In this document: positions 12,888 to 24,909 of the stretch, piece by piece | Layout of the letters: each line of letters opens with the position of its first letter | How positions within the stretch are numbered: position 1 is the first letter of the stretch | Origin: Octopus vulgaris | Taxonomy: Eukaryota | Length of the DNA: 64,000 bases | NCBI GenBank assembly: GCA_951406725.2 | Contig: OX597823.1 | Coordinates: forward strand, 50,158,001-50,222,000 | Reading direction: 5' to 3' | Position numbers and translations under genes: made by a program | The notes under the pieces: generated by a model | What the model was told of the DNA's origin: nothing | The model's input: only the letters and a program-made list of their open reading frames with translations | The model's database searches: none

Positions 12888-13232
12888 ATACTTCAAAACG
12901 GTCATTTTTTTCTTGCCAAATAAACACATGCACTAAATATATTCGTTCTTCACTTGTTCATTATTATTGTTCTTATTCTATGTCCACTGTCTGAAATTTT
13001 TCGTCAAACACCTCTGACCTCTTCAGCGATTCTCCATCCCACATGTCTCCTACCGTATGTGTCTCCTGCTCCACAAGGAGACATATGGCATGGAAAGTTG
13101 CTGCAGAAGTCGGAGGTGTGTAACAAAAGACTTCAGACATAGAATACGAACAATAATAATAAACAAGAGAAGAATTAATATATAGTGCGTGTGTTTATTT
13201 GGCAAGAAAAATAGTGACCATCCCGAAACATA
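12886..13232. mobile_element. Palindromic foldback element
   Basis: Arms ggtcattttttcttgccaaataaacacatgcacta... and ...tagtgcgtgtgtttatttggcaagaaaaatagtgacc are complementary up to the centre tgtctcct-gctccaca-aggagaca. Confidence 0.85.
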
Positions 13233-13300
13233 ATTTCTCTTTTGACACACAATTTCACAAGAAACTTACAAAACAAATTCATAAACATGTGTATATATTT

Positions 13301-13357
<57 letters not shown>

Positions 13358-13562
13358 TAAGAATTTAATTTCTTCCTGAAGGTCATTCATCACCCACAAT
13401 GTTTGTAAACAAAATCCATTTCTCCAGAAGGAAATTGAAAAGAAAGCATGATGTATATGAGCAGAGACATGCACTGTGACAGCATCTAAACAGCAACTGA
13501 CTCTCACCTGCTGCCCACCTTTATGCCAACTGTTGTTGCCTAGCAATATTTAGTCTATCTTA

Positions 13563-13980
13563 ACACTCAGAGTTCAAATTCTGCTATGGTTGACTTTACC
13601 TTTCATCTTTTCAGGCTCGATGAAATAAGTACCAGTTGAGTACTGGGGTCAATGTAATCAACTAGCCTCTCACCCCACCCCCAAAATTCAGGCCTTGTGC
13701 CTATTGTAGAAAGGTTAGGTTTATTATTATTATTATTATTATTATCATTATTAATAATGATAATAATCCTTTCTACTCTAGGCACAAGGCCTGTAATTTG
13801 GGAGAGAGCAACTAGTTGATTACACTGACCCCAGTGTTTCACTGGTATTTAATTTATTGACCCCGAAAGGATGAAAGGTAAAGTCAACCTCGGTAGAATT
13901 TGAACTCAGAAAGTAAAACTGGATGAAATGCTGCTAAGCATTTTGCCTGGTGTGCTAATGATTCTGCCAACTCGCCACCT
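13563..13980. mobile_element. Tail-to-tail pair of SINE B copies around (ATT)n/(AAT)n
   Basis: Plus copy at ~13563-13720 and minus copy at ~13766-13980. Confidence 0.9.
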
Positions 13981-14584
13981 TGCCAGGGAAGAAGCACTAG
14001 TCATTGTGGTGGTAGGGATTTCAATGGCTTCAACATTGACAAATTAATAAAACAAATCTAGTATCCATACTTGTGCATGTGATTGCATTTTTGTTTGCAC
14101 ATAGTAAGGACAACAATAATTTGACTGGCCTTCATAGATACAAAATGAAAGCCCTTCAGTTTGTTTGTAAAATATAATTAAATGGAAAGTGGACTGCCTT
14201 TGATACAGCTTGTTGTTCCCTAGAATGTGTCAAGGTGTCATGTAACAGAACATTATTGCCATTCTGATGAGATTGCTTTTAAGTAGAAATTCTAGATGGC
14301 TGATATAATCACCACTTATAACTGTCTATCTCAGACATCTTGACAAAGGTTAAACTAGCCTGTCTGACCTAGCTTCATTTTCAGTACTACCTTGAACAGT
14401 CATTAGTCTTTGATCATTATCATCACTACTACCAAGGCTGCTACCACCATCAATCACAAAATTTGATTTTCTATACCAGTAAATGGCAAGACAGATCTCC
14501 CATAAAACCCTTTCCACTAATCAAGATCCTGTGTTCTTGTATCAGTAATAACTAATATTATCTTCAAGTCTTTTCTAAATACAC

Positions 14585-15110
14585 ATAGGCATGGCTATGT
14601 GGTAAGAAGCTGGCTTCCTATCAATATGGTTCTATGTTCAGTTCCATTGCATGACACCTTGGGTGAGTGTCTTCTTACTATTGCCCTGAGCTAACCAAAG
14701 GCTTGAGTGGATTTGGTAGATGGAAACTGAAAGAAGCTTGTTTCATATGTGTATGTCTTTATGTTTGTCCCCCACTATCACTTGACAACCAGTATTTGTT
14801 TATGCACCTGTGACTTTGCAGCCTAGCACAAGAGACCAATAAAATAAGAACCAGGCTTTAAAAAATAAGTACTGAGGCAGATTCCTTCAACTAGAACTCT
14901 GAGGTGGTGCTCCAGCATGGCTGCAGTCCAATTACTGAAACCAGTAAAATATATAATTTTTTAATTTACCTCAGTAAGTTCAGGTATGGCAGTGCAATCA
15001 AATGTTTGCTTAGCAACCATGTGGTTTCATATTTAATCCCACAGTATGGCACCTTGTGCAAGTGTCTTCTACTACAGTTTCACACTGGCCTATGCCTTGT
15101 TCAGAGTGCA
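14585..15110 (+). mobile_element. Two tandem SINE A copies (full length, then a 5' fragment)
   Basis: Heads at ~14585 and ~14980. The first ends ctccagcatggctgcagtccaattactgaaac. Confidence 0.85.
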
Positions 15111-15252
15111 TGTATTTGTCACTGTTTATAATTGCATTACACTGCTTGGACAATGGTGATATGTCTATGTCACAGACAAGAAAGAAGTTCAAGCGCTTAT
15201 ACTGAAGATATGTAATAAAGTACTTTACTGGACTATAAAGATAGGTGTCACA

Positions 15253-15476
15253 CTGTTGCTGGTGCCAGGCAAAAAGTACTGTTGCTGGTGCTATGCAAAA
15301 AGCACTAGTGCTGGTGCCATGCAAAAAGCACTATTGCTAGTTCCACATGAAAAGCACTATTGCTAGTTCCATGTAAAAAGCACTGGTGCTGGTTCCACGC
15401 AAAAAGCACTGATGCCATGCAAAAAGCACTGGTGCTGGTGCCACATGGAAAACACTGTTGCTAGTTCCAAATAAAA
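15253..15476. repeat. Minisatellite, ~26-bp unit, about 9 copies
   Basis: Consensus ctggtgccatgcaaaaagcactrktg. Confidence 0.9.
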
Positions 15477-15486
15477 AATTTATTTG

Positions 15487-15600
15487 TTATGGCAAGCTAG
15501 AATGTTTCCACTCCATACTTTGTCTTTTAGATTCATCTCCTGTGACTATTCTGCTAAAAAACCCAGAACTAAACAGTTGCAAAGCAAACTTCATAATGAC
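15487..15600 (-). mobile_element. Mariner transposase fragment
   Basis: FFSRIVTGDE-SKRQSMEWKH: the first catalytic-Asp motif TGDE joined to KRQSMEW by a short deletion. Confidence 0.75.
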
Positions 15601-16286
15601 AAAGTGGAGCACCAGTGAAATTTGAACACAAAATCTAGAGTAATTCTTACCAACCATTAAGGATGGGGACACATCAGGTTTAATAAAAAATAAAGAAAAA
15701 GACAACTCACTATAAATATACTTTGTTATAAATTAAACATGGTATAATCATTAATATATAAATTCCCGTGCAAGATTTATGTGAAAGCAAAATAATCAAT
15801 ATTTAATTTTAATGAGCAAATAAAAAAAAAATCAAAGAGACTGGACAATTCTGCAAGATATAGGTTGGGAAGTATTGATCTAGAAGGATGAACCTAATCA
15901 CTATATTGCATTTAGTTCAGAACTGGAACGAATGGCTCATGAAATGGTAGCCTGATATCTGCCACTTAGCCATTTTGTCTTCATGGTCACTCAATACATA
16001 TCTCATATTATTGATGACCATCACCATTATCATCCATTGTGCTGAAACCATTAAAAGTCATTGACATCTTGATTTACAATATCTGAGGTGAATGGCCTGC
16101 AAGGTTTATTATCCCCTAATCTGTACGAAAGACAAACACCATTTTTTTCAGCTGAAGGGTCTGGAGCAAAATGAAATTAAGTGTCTAGTTCATAGTTACA
16201 CTATACAACTCACTCCAGGAATTGGATTCAGTCCAACACCCAAACCTCTAAATCATGTGTCTTCACATATTATTGATATATCAATA

Positions 16287-16733
16287 TCTATAAAGCTGAA
16301 ATGTATAAAAGTTGTTTGATTTCTTGGTTATTTGTCTCATTTTAGGATGGGAACGGTTTAAGGGGTGGTAGATGGGGTCAGATTGGCGCCAAAATTTACA
16401 CTGGGGAGTAAAATGGGGTGAGCAATGGTGTGAGCAGGGTTGCAAGTTGCTTGGGGCTACCGTTTGGTTGCCATGGTGAGGAATATGGGAAAAATTGAGT
16501 TTTATGGGATAGACAGGTTGCGCTGTTTGAATAATGGTGGCTTTTCATGTTGCCGCAGAGGCTAGAGGCAGTTATCTTTAATTGTGGGTGTAAAAATTTG
16601 GGGGATTTTGGAAAGGGGGGTAAAGAAGAGGGCAATAAAAGGAACCAGACAAAGAAGATGAACAAAAGAAGAAAGGGAAAAGGAGACAACACCACCACCA
16701 AAACCCGAGCAAAGCACGGGTTAAAATAGCTAG
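16287..16733 (+). mobile_element. Non-autonomous Helitron-like element
   Basis: Probable A|TC start, hairpin cccgagcaaagcacggg and CTAG|T end, similar to the 3' end at 9637-9664. Confidence 0.65.
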
Positions 16734-17857
16734 TCTAATTAGTATCATTAAGTTTATATTATTTGTACATCAGATTTTTCTACATTACCTTTTAATGGCA
16801 CTGCATATAAACTACTAAACATAACCAGAAAAGATCAGTAGAATTTGATACAGCTTTCTAACTTTGCAACCAAAGGAGCAGAGGGTATGTAGATAGGTGT
16901 GATTTGCTATTTACTAATTATTTTCACTTTAGCTACAGAACACTTAAGTGATGTTGAGAAACTAACCTTTACATCATAAACATCATCCAATGAAGTGGAA
17001 AAGATAAAAATTCTTAGATTAAGCAGACATCAAAATCTAACCTAAATATCAGATTTTTATTAATATGATAAATAGCAGATGGAAGAGCTCTTAATAAACC
17101 CTTTCATTTCACATTTCTAGATATCATTCCACCAAGAAAAGATCTGAATCTTTATATTGCATCCCGTACGTCTGCGGCTGTGATGGGTCTTTCACAACAC
17201 TCCGCCTCTCTTGCTGAGAGTCATGGCAGGCCATACAGGTAGGCACTAAAGTCTACTCTGTGTTCTGACCCACCAGTTGTCCCGAACTGTTGTTGAAAAG
17301 CCTCACACATCCTTTCAGGCTTGAGTAATTAACACCCCTGTTCATCTGTCAGGGACCTAATGGTGGCTCTGTTGCCTCATTGTGCCTCTGCCACTCAAGC
17401 CTCTCGGGCGGCTCCAACTCCTTCGTTCCTTAGAGTATGCATCCTAGCTCTGACAACGCATTGGACGCGTGTTTGGCATTGGACGCGATGCCAGTTCTAA
17501 ATAGCTTTTCTAATTTCTTAACTAGGTCTCCCTCTATTCTATTTCGGTCTAATGCTAGGGCCTTACTGTACCTAACCGATTTTGCTTTAATTGCATTCTT
17601 TAGGGCATACCACCATCTGTTGTTGATGATGGCACCCGTCAACACTTTCTTAACTAATGTGCTAATCCGGTCCCTGTAAGCCATGAACGACACATTCAGC
17701 TTCCAGTAACTCGGACCCTGCCTATGTTTTATTTAAGTGAACAAGTCACAAATTTGTGGTCTGTGTAACTGGCTATATGGAATTGTGGACAACCTACACT
17801 ATCCTTATCCATTGTCCTACAGAATACTCTATCTAAATATGATCTAGACATCGAAAG

Positions 17858-17997
17858 ATGGACAGACATGTTGAAAGAAAGACAGACGTGTAGACAGACG
17901 TGTAGACAGACATGTAGACGGACATGAAGACAGATAGACGGATATGTAAATAGACATGTAGACAGACGGACATGTAGATAGATAGAGAGACATGTTG
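17858..17997. repeat. Degenerate 12-bp tandem repeat (agacagacatgt)n
   Basis: Visible directly. Confidence 0.85.
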
Positions 17998-18493
17998 ATA
18001 TGTTTCTTTATTGGCCACACATGGCTGAACACAGGGGACAAAATACAAAGTAGTGCTTTTCTTTTATCACACATGTCCTCCTCCTTTTCTTCTTCCCTCC
18101 CCCCCGCTAACTTCCAGCTGTCATTTGTCTCCTTTCCTCGATGCTGGTGCTCGTCTTCATCTGTAGTGCCATATCGTTTTCCTCCACAGGCTGTGGAGCA
18201 CCTACCACTTTCTCACTCTCCTTAGCCTTTTCTAGTGGTGGAGGCCACATTTATAACACTGCGGAATCCTTCCCTCCACTCTAACTTTCAAAGTTGTTTC
18301 TCCAACTGAGATGCTCTATACCATCTTTTCCAAGTCCTGCTCCGCAACCTGTACCACCATTTGAAGTTCCTATGGGGCATTCTGGTGGCCTGCAAGACCA
18401 CCACCTTCTCCTCCATGCCCAGCATTAAGGCAGTCACCAGCCAGGCCACACTCGCTTCTGGGGGTATGTCTCCCAAGGTATATGGGTAGAAGC

Positions 18494-18720
18494 GGTGAGC
18501 TGGCAGACACGTTAGCGCGCCGAGCGAAATGCGTAGCCGTATTTCGTCTGTCGTTACGTTCGGAGTTCGAATTCCGCCGAGGTCGACTTTGCCTTTCATC
18601 CTTTCGGGGTCGATAAATTAAGTACCAATTACGCATTGGGGTCGATATAATCGACTTAATCCGTCTGTCTGTCCTTGTTTGTCCTCTCTGTATTTAGCCC
18701 CTTGTGGGTAATAAAGAAAT
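18494..18720 (+). mobile_element. SINE B inserted in the LINE, with an 18-bp target-site duplication
   Basis: aggtatatgggtagaagc at both 18476-18493 and 18721-18738. Confidence 0.95.
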
Positions 18721-19076
18721 AGGTATATGGGTAGAAGCACCTCTTCGTCCATTTTCAATGGTGTGGCTGAGTGCAGTCGTTAACTCCCTAAAATGCACCT
18801 CCATTCCGTACTTTCGTCCCCTGGCAAGGTATGATATCTCCTGCCAGAATGGCCTTAATGCCTTTCCCACTTGTGCCTCTGACACCACTTCTATTTTCCT
18901 TGTTGTCACAGCATATGTTCTGTAAACAACTGTCCTTTCAGCCTAGTTTTCCTCACAGTATATACCAAGTAATCTTTTTTGTTTGTTTAACAACCAAAAC
19001 GTGCATGTGTGTGTGTGTTAACACTATCAAAAGTGCATCGAATTTCGTTCCTCTATGGTAAAATATAATTTATCCA

Positions 19077-20262
19077 GGCATACATACACACGTGTTCTCC
19101 ACCCCAACATCGTTTCTTCATAATTTTTTTATTAAAAATAACTATTTTCTAATGAAATTTTCTACAAATTCTTATAACAATTGGATTCGCCCCCACGTTT
19201 GACTACATGGAAATCACAAGTTGATCATGTGTGTAAACAATTTCCGTCCTGTTAACGACTTTTCTTAACATAATAGTCTGGCAGCATGACTAAGACTTTC
19301 TGTGAACGGAGTCTACAAATACAGCAAATTTGAGCGCGAAATGGATAAGGTGGAAATCGCAGTGGAGATCAGGATGAAGAGTGAACCGCGCTAGTCATAA
19401 ATGGAAAGTGAAAATAAAATAGATTTTGAAATTGAAATAAAATGTTCAAAAGTAAACCATTCCGAAAGATGTTTTACAATGATCTGAAAACATTCATCTC
19501 TGTTTTTCCTATATTTTTCCTTCCAAAGAAACTCATCTAGATAGGATTCAATCATATTTGTTTGTATTTCCATCACACTCTTCATTCTGCGTTTATATAA
19601 TTCAACACTTTCTTCTCCTTCAGAAATAAATGTGCAGCATCAAAACTCAATTGTATGGCAAAATATAAAACATTTTAGATAACAATAAATCGAATGATGC
19701 TGAAGTGAACAGCATGTTATTTCAATTTCAAAATTGTTTTATTTTCACTTTCTTAATGACTAGCGTGTGTCTACTCTTCTTCATGAGTACCGAGATCCCT
19801 ATCGACCCTATTCTCGGCATGTTAGCTGAAGAAGCACCACGGCAACAAGAAAATGCAATGATGTGTAAAACTTAGTCTAAATATTGAATTTTTGACGAAG
19901 ATCTCCGGCACTTGTAATGTTTCATATGAAATTTACATGAACACTTTCTGTATTAATACAGCAATACATGATTGCCCATGCTACATATATTTCAGATGGT
20001 TTAGATTACGGAATATAATGTAAAAAGAAATCGGTGGGCACACACATATACTGACATACATCGCAATTTTTTTTTTTTAATTTCAAGTTTCATTATGTAG
20101 ATGTATGTGATACGTCCACCAATATTTTTTCACTTTAGATTCAGAAATAATCCATACCACCTACAAAGTATTTACAGAAAACTTCATTGTAAAATAACTA
20201 TTTTTTCTGAAAGTTATACGTAAACAAAAGCCGGTGGAAGGCACACTCGTGTAGATATGCCC
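19077..20262. mobile_element. DNA transposon relic with ~110-bp imperfect TIRs (unclassified)
   Basis: ggcatacatacacacgtgt...ttctaatgaaattttctacaaat versus atttacagaaaacttcattgtaaaa...acactcgtgtagatatgccc. Confidence 0.6.
19364..19791 (-). mobile_element. Merlin (IS1016/IS1595-like) deletion derivative
   Basis: KRRMKSVMEIQTNMIESYLDEFLWKEKY...FQIIVKHLSEWF matches the YLxEFxWR C-terminal motif. Flanked by ~85-bp inverted repeats with GG...CC ends. Confidence 0.7.
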
Positions 20263-20374
20263 TTAGTCCATTCGATAAATAACAAGGTTGTTGCGATCGA
20301 TTAAAAACGCGTCAAAGCGGTGCGACACAGTCCGATTACCGAAGCCATTAAAATACTGTATTCATGAAACTTAC

Positions 20375-20598
20375 AATGCAAACCCATAAATATAAATAAA
20401 TAAAAAGAGAATAGAAAAGACGAAAACACATAGAAAGAAAATATGGAATATTATCTCAAGAGCAAGCAAGCTGTCAATGAGATGTATTAGATATGTATAT
20501 GCATTTATTTGTTCTGTTATAGCCATGAATCTTGGAATTATTTGCAATAAGCATATGTAGTCAAGAATAGAGACGAGCCAGAAATGTATGCCTGGCAT
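20375..20598 (-). CDS. Candidate alternative first coding exon with a hydrophobic (TM-like) segment
   Basis: ATG at 20598, 74 open codons plus 2 nt, then a donor TT|GTAAGT. Non-repetitive sequence at the CpG boundary. No homolog recognised. Confidence 0.3.
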
Positions 20599-22644
20599 AT
20601 ATTACACAATCGCAAAAAAAGGAAAAAAAAGAACGAAAAGAAAGACACTGAGTTTAAATTACAGAAATTCGGCTCAGCAAATATAATTACTAGAATATTT
20701 GAGACTCTATTCGTGGAATACAATTCGATTGATTTAGTTACATTAATCCATGCAAGAGTGAAATATATTCGAAAGAAGCCTTCGGCCATATTTACGTTCG
20801 TTTCATAAGTGAATCAATGAAATTGAATTTTATTTTCTCTTTTGAAATAGTGAACTGAAATGACTTATTGTCAAAATTGGTGACTTGAGAAAGTTGAAAA
20901 CCCATTATGATGAAAATGATATGAATAGCTTAAAAAAGAAATTATTAACATTTCTTATTTTAAATATAGATTTGCTGTTGACGATTGTCAAATATCTAAT
21001 ATATTCAGGTCTCAAAAAATATTTGGTTAAGTCATCTAATTTTAACTTCAGTTAGCAGACGTTTCCTTTTTTCTTCTGACAACATATATTAAAAAATGTC
21101 AGATAGACTAATGGAGTGAGAGTAAATTATTATTCAAACTAAAATATGCAAAAGAGTACGAGGAAACTGGTTATTGCGTAGCCCAGATTAAGATCTGAGC
21201 AGGCCTGGAACTCAAGTAAGTGTTGTAGAGGAATACATTCTAGCAATGACCATCCCGTTTTTTTTTTTATTTAAAGAGAACTAAGGACTACATTAACAAA
21301 TATATCGGATCTTTTCTATGGAGGTTAAGGAGTAAATTAAAGGAAATTTAACTGCTATTTCTGGCATTTAGTGCGACCATATATAGCCGGTCCCGTGTTA
21401 ACGGATAGAGGTCGTCTGCGCGGGAAAAATTGTATAATGAAATTAAGTCTTTCATTCGTAAAGAGTTTTCGCGAAATGTCATAAATTGCACCATACCAGA
21501 ATACGAACTTATAAAATCAGAACTTCACCAACACTCCTTATGTGTGTAGATAGATATTAAATAATGCAGTTCGGCGTGTATAAGGCCTGAAAAACGAAGG
21601 GTAGACAGAAAGAAATGGGATGGTTATGGCGGAAAAGTCTTCAACACAAAAGCGCGACGGGCCACGATCGTGGCCCAGATAGATGCATTTCATTTATGGG
21701 CATTTGTTGGGGTCCAATGTCACTCAAATGCTCCGATACCCCCCAGAATGTAAGAGGACTAATAGTTCAACTAATGACTTTTCAGATGATGTAAAACTTG
21801 CCACCATTATAAACTAAGAAGATATTTTAACTATTTCTTGTTCTTTATGTTTCATAAAACGTGCCCAGCAATCCATGCTATGTAAGTGCAAATCTCAGCG
21901 CTTTATGGGTTAATCAAAGATTTTCTTGGCGAAGGATGTCCTGGACATAAACAAAAACTATTTCGAGTAAACGAAGTAACTTCTATGTGGGTACTCGATA
22001 TGCTAGAAAGAGAAGCTAAATGTCCCTCGTACTAAATTCTGTCATCTTGAAAAAAAAGTAAAGATATTACATAATGTAGCCCGGTACTTCTTCGTCTTTT
22101 CCCTCTCCAATAAGATTAGAGAGCGAGCAAAGATGAATCAGTACTTGGCAGATATCCTCTCTAAAATAATAATTTAAAAATGTGGGATAGTCACGGTTAG
22201 ATCGCTTTTGACAGGTTTACTTGACAGGAAGCTATATTGGTACATTACAGTTGTAAGCGAAAAACACTTTCCTTATGAATTAACAGCTAAGACATTAATT
22301 ACTATAAATGATGTAAATATAATTTAAATTTCGCTCTTTTTCATACACATATATTATATGAAATGAATTTGTTAGATTCTATTTTTGTTGTTAAAATTAA
22401 TTACAAACCAAATGTTGCTAGTCAACCAGGTTTTCTGTCATTCATGGCTTAGTTGTAGATTTTCTTTAAAGAAAACTGTCGTTTAAGTGTAAAGCTAAAA
22501 AAAGCATGGGGAAAATACCAGAAAATTAAAGAATTCAATAAAATAGTGTTCCTTGTTTTTTGTTTATTTTTAATCTTCAGTCTGATACGAACTAATTACA
22601 ACACAGCGGATCATTTTTCTGAGTTAATGAATGAAATGACTCAC

Positions 22645-22985
22645 CTATGCAGTTGAACACCAGCTGAAAGAGGAGCAGATGTATTGAGCCAGCTACAACA
22701 GAAGCAGAAACAGGTAAAGCCTGGAAGAGGCTCAGACACTATTTCACTTCTTGACTTCTGGAACTTCCAGAACTCAATCGTAACAGAAGAATACTTCCGC
22801 GAAAGATAGGATATAGATCTCAAGTTTCGAGGTAAAAATGTAAGAATATTGTCCCAGTTTAGTGGAATCCGAGCGACAATTTCTAGTTTAACTGGAGAAC
22901 TTGTCTTTTTTTTTTTTTTCAAACTAAAACTATCTGGTCCTTCTCGGGTCTTCTTCAATTTTGTTATTGATACTATGAGTTGTTT
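22645..22985 (-). other. Candidate 5'-UTR first exon
   Basis: Strong donor TAG|GTGAGT at 22645/22644. No ATG on the minus strand for ~345 nt. An upstream ETS-like CGGAAG (~22998-23003) and GC-box-like tract (~23045-23060). Confidence 0.5.
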
Positions 22986-24159
22986 TAAACATTTACGCTT
23001 CCGTCACACACAAATATCACTTAACGCGCCATGCAACATCCTGCCTGCCCCCACCCCCAGTCGATATTCATCCGTTCCCCATTCACATTTCTCACAATCC
23101 GTGCTCATCTCTAAATAAACCTTTTTATTCCTCTGCGCCTCCTCCATACAATTCTTTACTTCTCACTTAGAAAAGAAAGAAAGAAGGAAATCAGTTACTA
23201 TCGTCGTGATCAAGAAACCACAATTATACAAAAATAAAACACAATCCACGCAGCTAATCTATCTTTTAAAAAAACTTGTAAAACACCATGTATAAATAAT
23301 ACTTACATAAAAAAAAAAATCAAGGTTAAAATTAAAGCTGTCTATAATACAATATATGAAAGCGCGTTGTCTAGTGGTTAGGGTGTTGGTCACAAGATTG
23401 TGGCTTCGGTTCCGGACCGGGCAGTGTGTTGTGTTCTTTTATTTGCTTCAGTCTTTAGACTGCTGTCATGCTGGGACACCGCCTTGAAGAATTTTAGTCG
23501 AACGAATCCACCCCAGTACTTATTATTTGTAAAATCTGGTATTTATCCTATCGGTCTCTCTTGCTTAACTCTTAAGCTGTGGGGATGAAAACAGACCAAC
23601 AGCGGTGCTAAGGAACACGCACACACATATATACATACAAACACATACACGATGATATATATATGTATAGATTAAAAATGGTTTTTAAAACAATTTAGTA
23701 AAAAAAAAAATCGAGAGGGGAGCGTATTTATAGATGGACGTTTACGGTAGACGTTTTGTATACACTTATTCTGTGCAGTAGTAAATTTTCAATTTCATTT
23801 TTTAATTTTTACATTGGTGCAACGCCAAGGAGACGTGGGGAGTGTATTGATTATATGGGTCCTGATATTCGACTGGAATGCTTATTCTATTGTATCTGAA
23901 AAGAACAAGCATAACTTATGGAAACAAGATTTGAACTCCGAATCTAAAGGTATATAATCTCTTTCTGACGTCACACACTTTTTAATCGGTAGCAGTCGAT
24001 AAGTGTCATTCACGAACTCTCGGCCCTCAAGCCACTTTGTAACTTCGGCCGAATAGAAACAATAGAGTGTGTGTGTGTATGAATGGATCGATAGATAGAC
24101 AGATAGATAGATTGATTTCAGCCAAAAGCTGTGATCATGCCGGCGCATTGCCGTTGGCG

Positions 24160-24540
24160 TTAATGCCTGTTTATTTTAGACTCATTTCCCAGTTCCGTCG
24201 CCAGAAATGGACCTCGTTCAGTAGTGAATAGGACAAAGCTGTCCTTTGTGTTTCCTGCCGCCATATGGGTTCATCTGGTGTTTCAGATGAAAATTTGTCT
24301 AAATGTTCTTTGACACACATCCACATCTATTTCTCGTAGATCTCTGAGGCCTTTTGGCAAGGTGTTAAAAAGTTGTGGACCTTTGAATTTCAAGCTGTTA
24401 CCGTACTAGATTCTTACACTGGATAGAGAGGGCGGGATCTTTGGTACTATACAATGGGGTCTAGTTCGGTGACTGATATAACTTTCAATCCCAATGTTGG
24501 GTGCTAGACTTTCCACAGATCTTCCATATACATGTTCTTT
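24160..24540 (-). mobile_element. CR1-group LINE 3' fragment
   Basis: HCIVPKIP...YGNSLKFKGPQLFNTLPKGLRDL...PDEPI. Same family as 12478-12740. Confidence 0.8.
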
Positions 24541-24544
24541 CACA

Positions 24545-24695
24545 CAGGGCCTGCTCAAGGTACCGACAACTCGAACAGTCGCCCGCCACGCCATGTGCTA
24601 GCGGGTGCCAAGGAGGGCGTGACAAAGACAAGAAAATTTCCACGACCGTCAGCTTGTACACACCAGGGGCGCCAGCAACCCGAGGACCGGCCCTG
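24545..24695. mobile_element. GC-rich hAT-like MITE
   Basis: Termini cagggcctg ... ccggccctg. Confidence 0.55.
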
Positions 24696-24909
24696 ACTGC
24701 GCGCACACACACACACACTACTGAGGTCGATATATTCGACTAAACCTGTACCCCAGCACGGCAGTAGTCCAGCAACCGAGGATTTATAGAACTTGGCACT
24801 TGACGAGAGGGAAGATCCAGTCGAGTAAGACGAGATTTAAATTCAGAACACAGACGGGTGAGTTTGCCGCTCGACTGTAGACCACCACTTCACAAGTCAA
24901 CCTTACAAA

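Larger units (their letters stand above)
17160..18920 (-). mobile_element. L1/Tx1-clade LINE relic (ORF1 plus part of ORF2)
   Basis: Minus strand gives SRSYLDRVFC, YTDHKFV and GPSYWKLN (end of the APE endonuclease) at ~17690-17850, and an ORF1 zinc-knuckle remnant PQCYKCGL at ~18240-18265. Interrupted by a SINE and a tandem repeat. Confidence 0.8.

Noticed and set aside
15253-15476. CRISPR-like regular repeat
   Set aside because: Units are contiguous with no unique spacers, there are no cas genes, and the context is eukaryotic.
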